Source of the DNA: the human T2T-CHM13v2.0 reference genome, Homo sapiens
Length of the DNA: 64,000 nt
Strand: one strand, 5' to 3'
Assembly: GCF_009914755.1 (NCBI RefSeq)
Contig: NC_060935.1
Shown here: in pieces, positions 63,905-64,000 of the stretch
Position numbering within the stretch: the first letter of the stretch is position 1
Layout: each line of letters begins with the position of its first letter
Translations under genes and position numbers: made by a program
Notes under the pieces: generated by a model
What the model was told of the DNA's origin: nothing
The model's database searches: none
The model's input: only the letters and a program-made list of their open reading frames with translations

Positions 63905-64000
63905 AGGTCCAGTGTTAGGTGCATATAAATTGGATTGTAATATCTCTGTGTTGTATTGATCCTTTTATCATTATATTATGACTACCTTTGTCTTCTTCTA
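63905..64000 (-). mobile_element. L1 ORF2 fragment (runs off the window)
   Basis: tgttaggtgcatata...attgatccttttatcattata resembles the antisense L1 endonuclease region. Confidence 0.55.

Overview
Human (primate) genomic DNA containing the 5' end of ARHGAP42 (GRAF3, a BAR-PH-RhoGAP-SH3 protein) on the + strand: about 8 kb of upstream sequence, a CpG-island promoter (~8200-9110), the first coding exon (ATG 8877 to donor 9030/9031; [51 protein letters not shown]) and the first ~55 kb of intron 1. Exon 2 was not seen. The remainder is repeat-rich: ~47 Alu copies or fragments, a near full-length Tigger1, MER44B, Tigger3a-like and MER103-like DNA elements, LTR41-, MER21- and MLT1-type LTRs, old L1/L2/MIR pieces and a CR1/L3 endonuclease fossil. 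Almost all other ORFs in the track are Alu, L1 or low-complexity artefacts. Repeat family names come from recognition of consensus sequences by eye, and their boundaries are approximate. The most unusual observations are: (1) a CpG-decayed, ungapped copy of the gene's own 5'UTR/start-codon region 2387 nt downstream in intron 1, itself partly tandem-duplicated; (2) an Alu flanked by a 93-bp target-site duplication; (3) a tailless, apparently internally primed Alu with a perfect 15-bp TSD; (4) two uORFs in the leader; (5) a compact smooth-muscle-type motif cluster near 60.9-61.1 kb. I found no evidence for a new multi-gene system.
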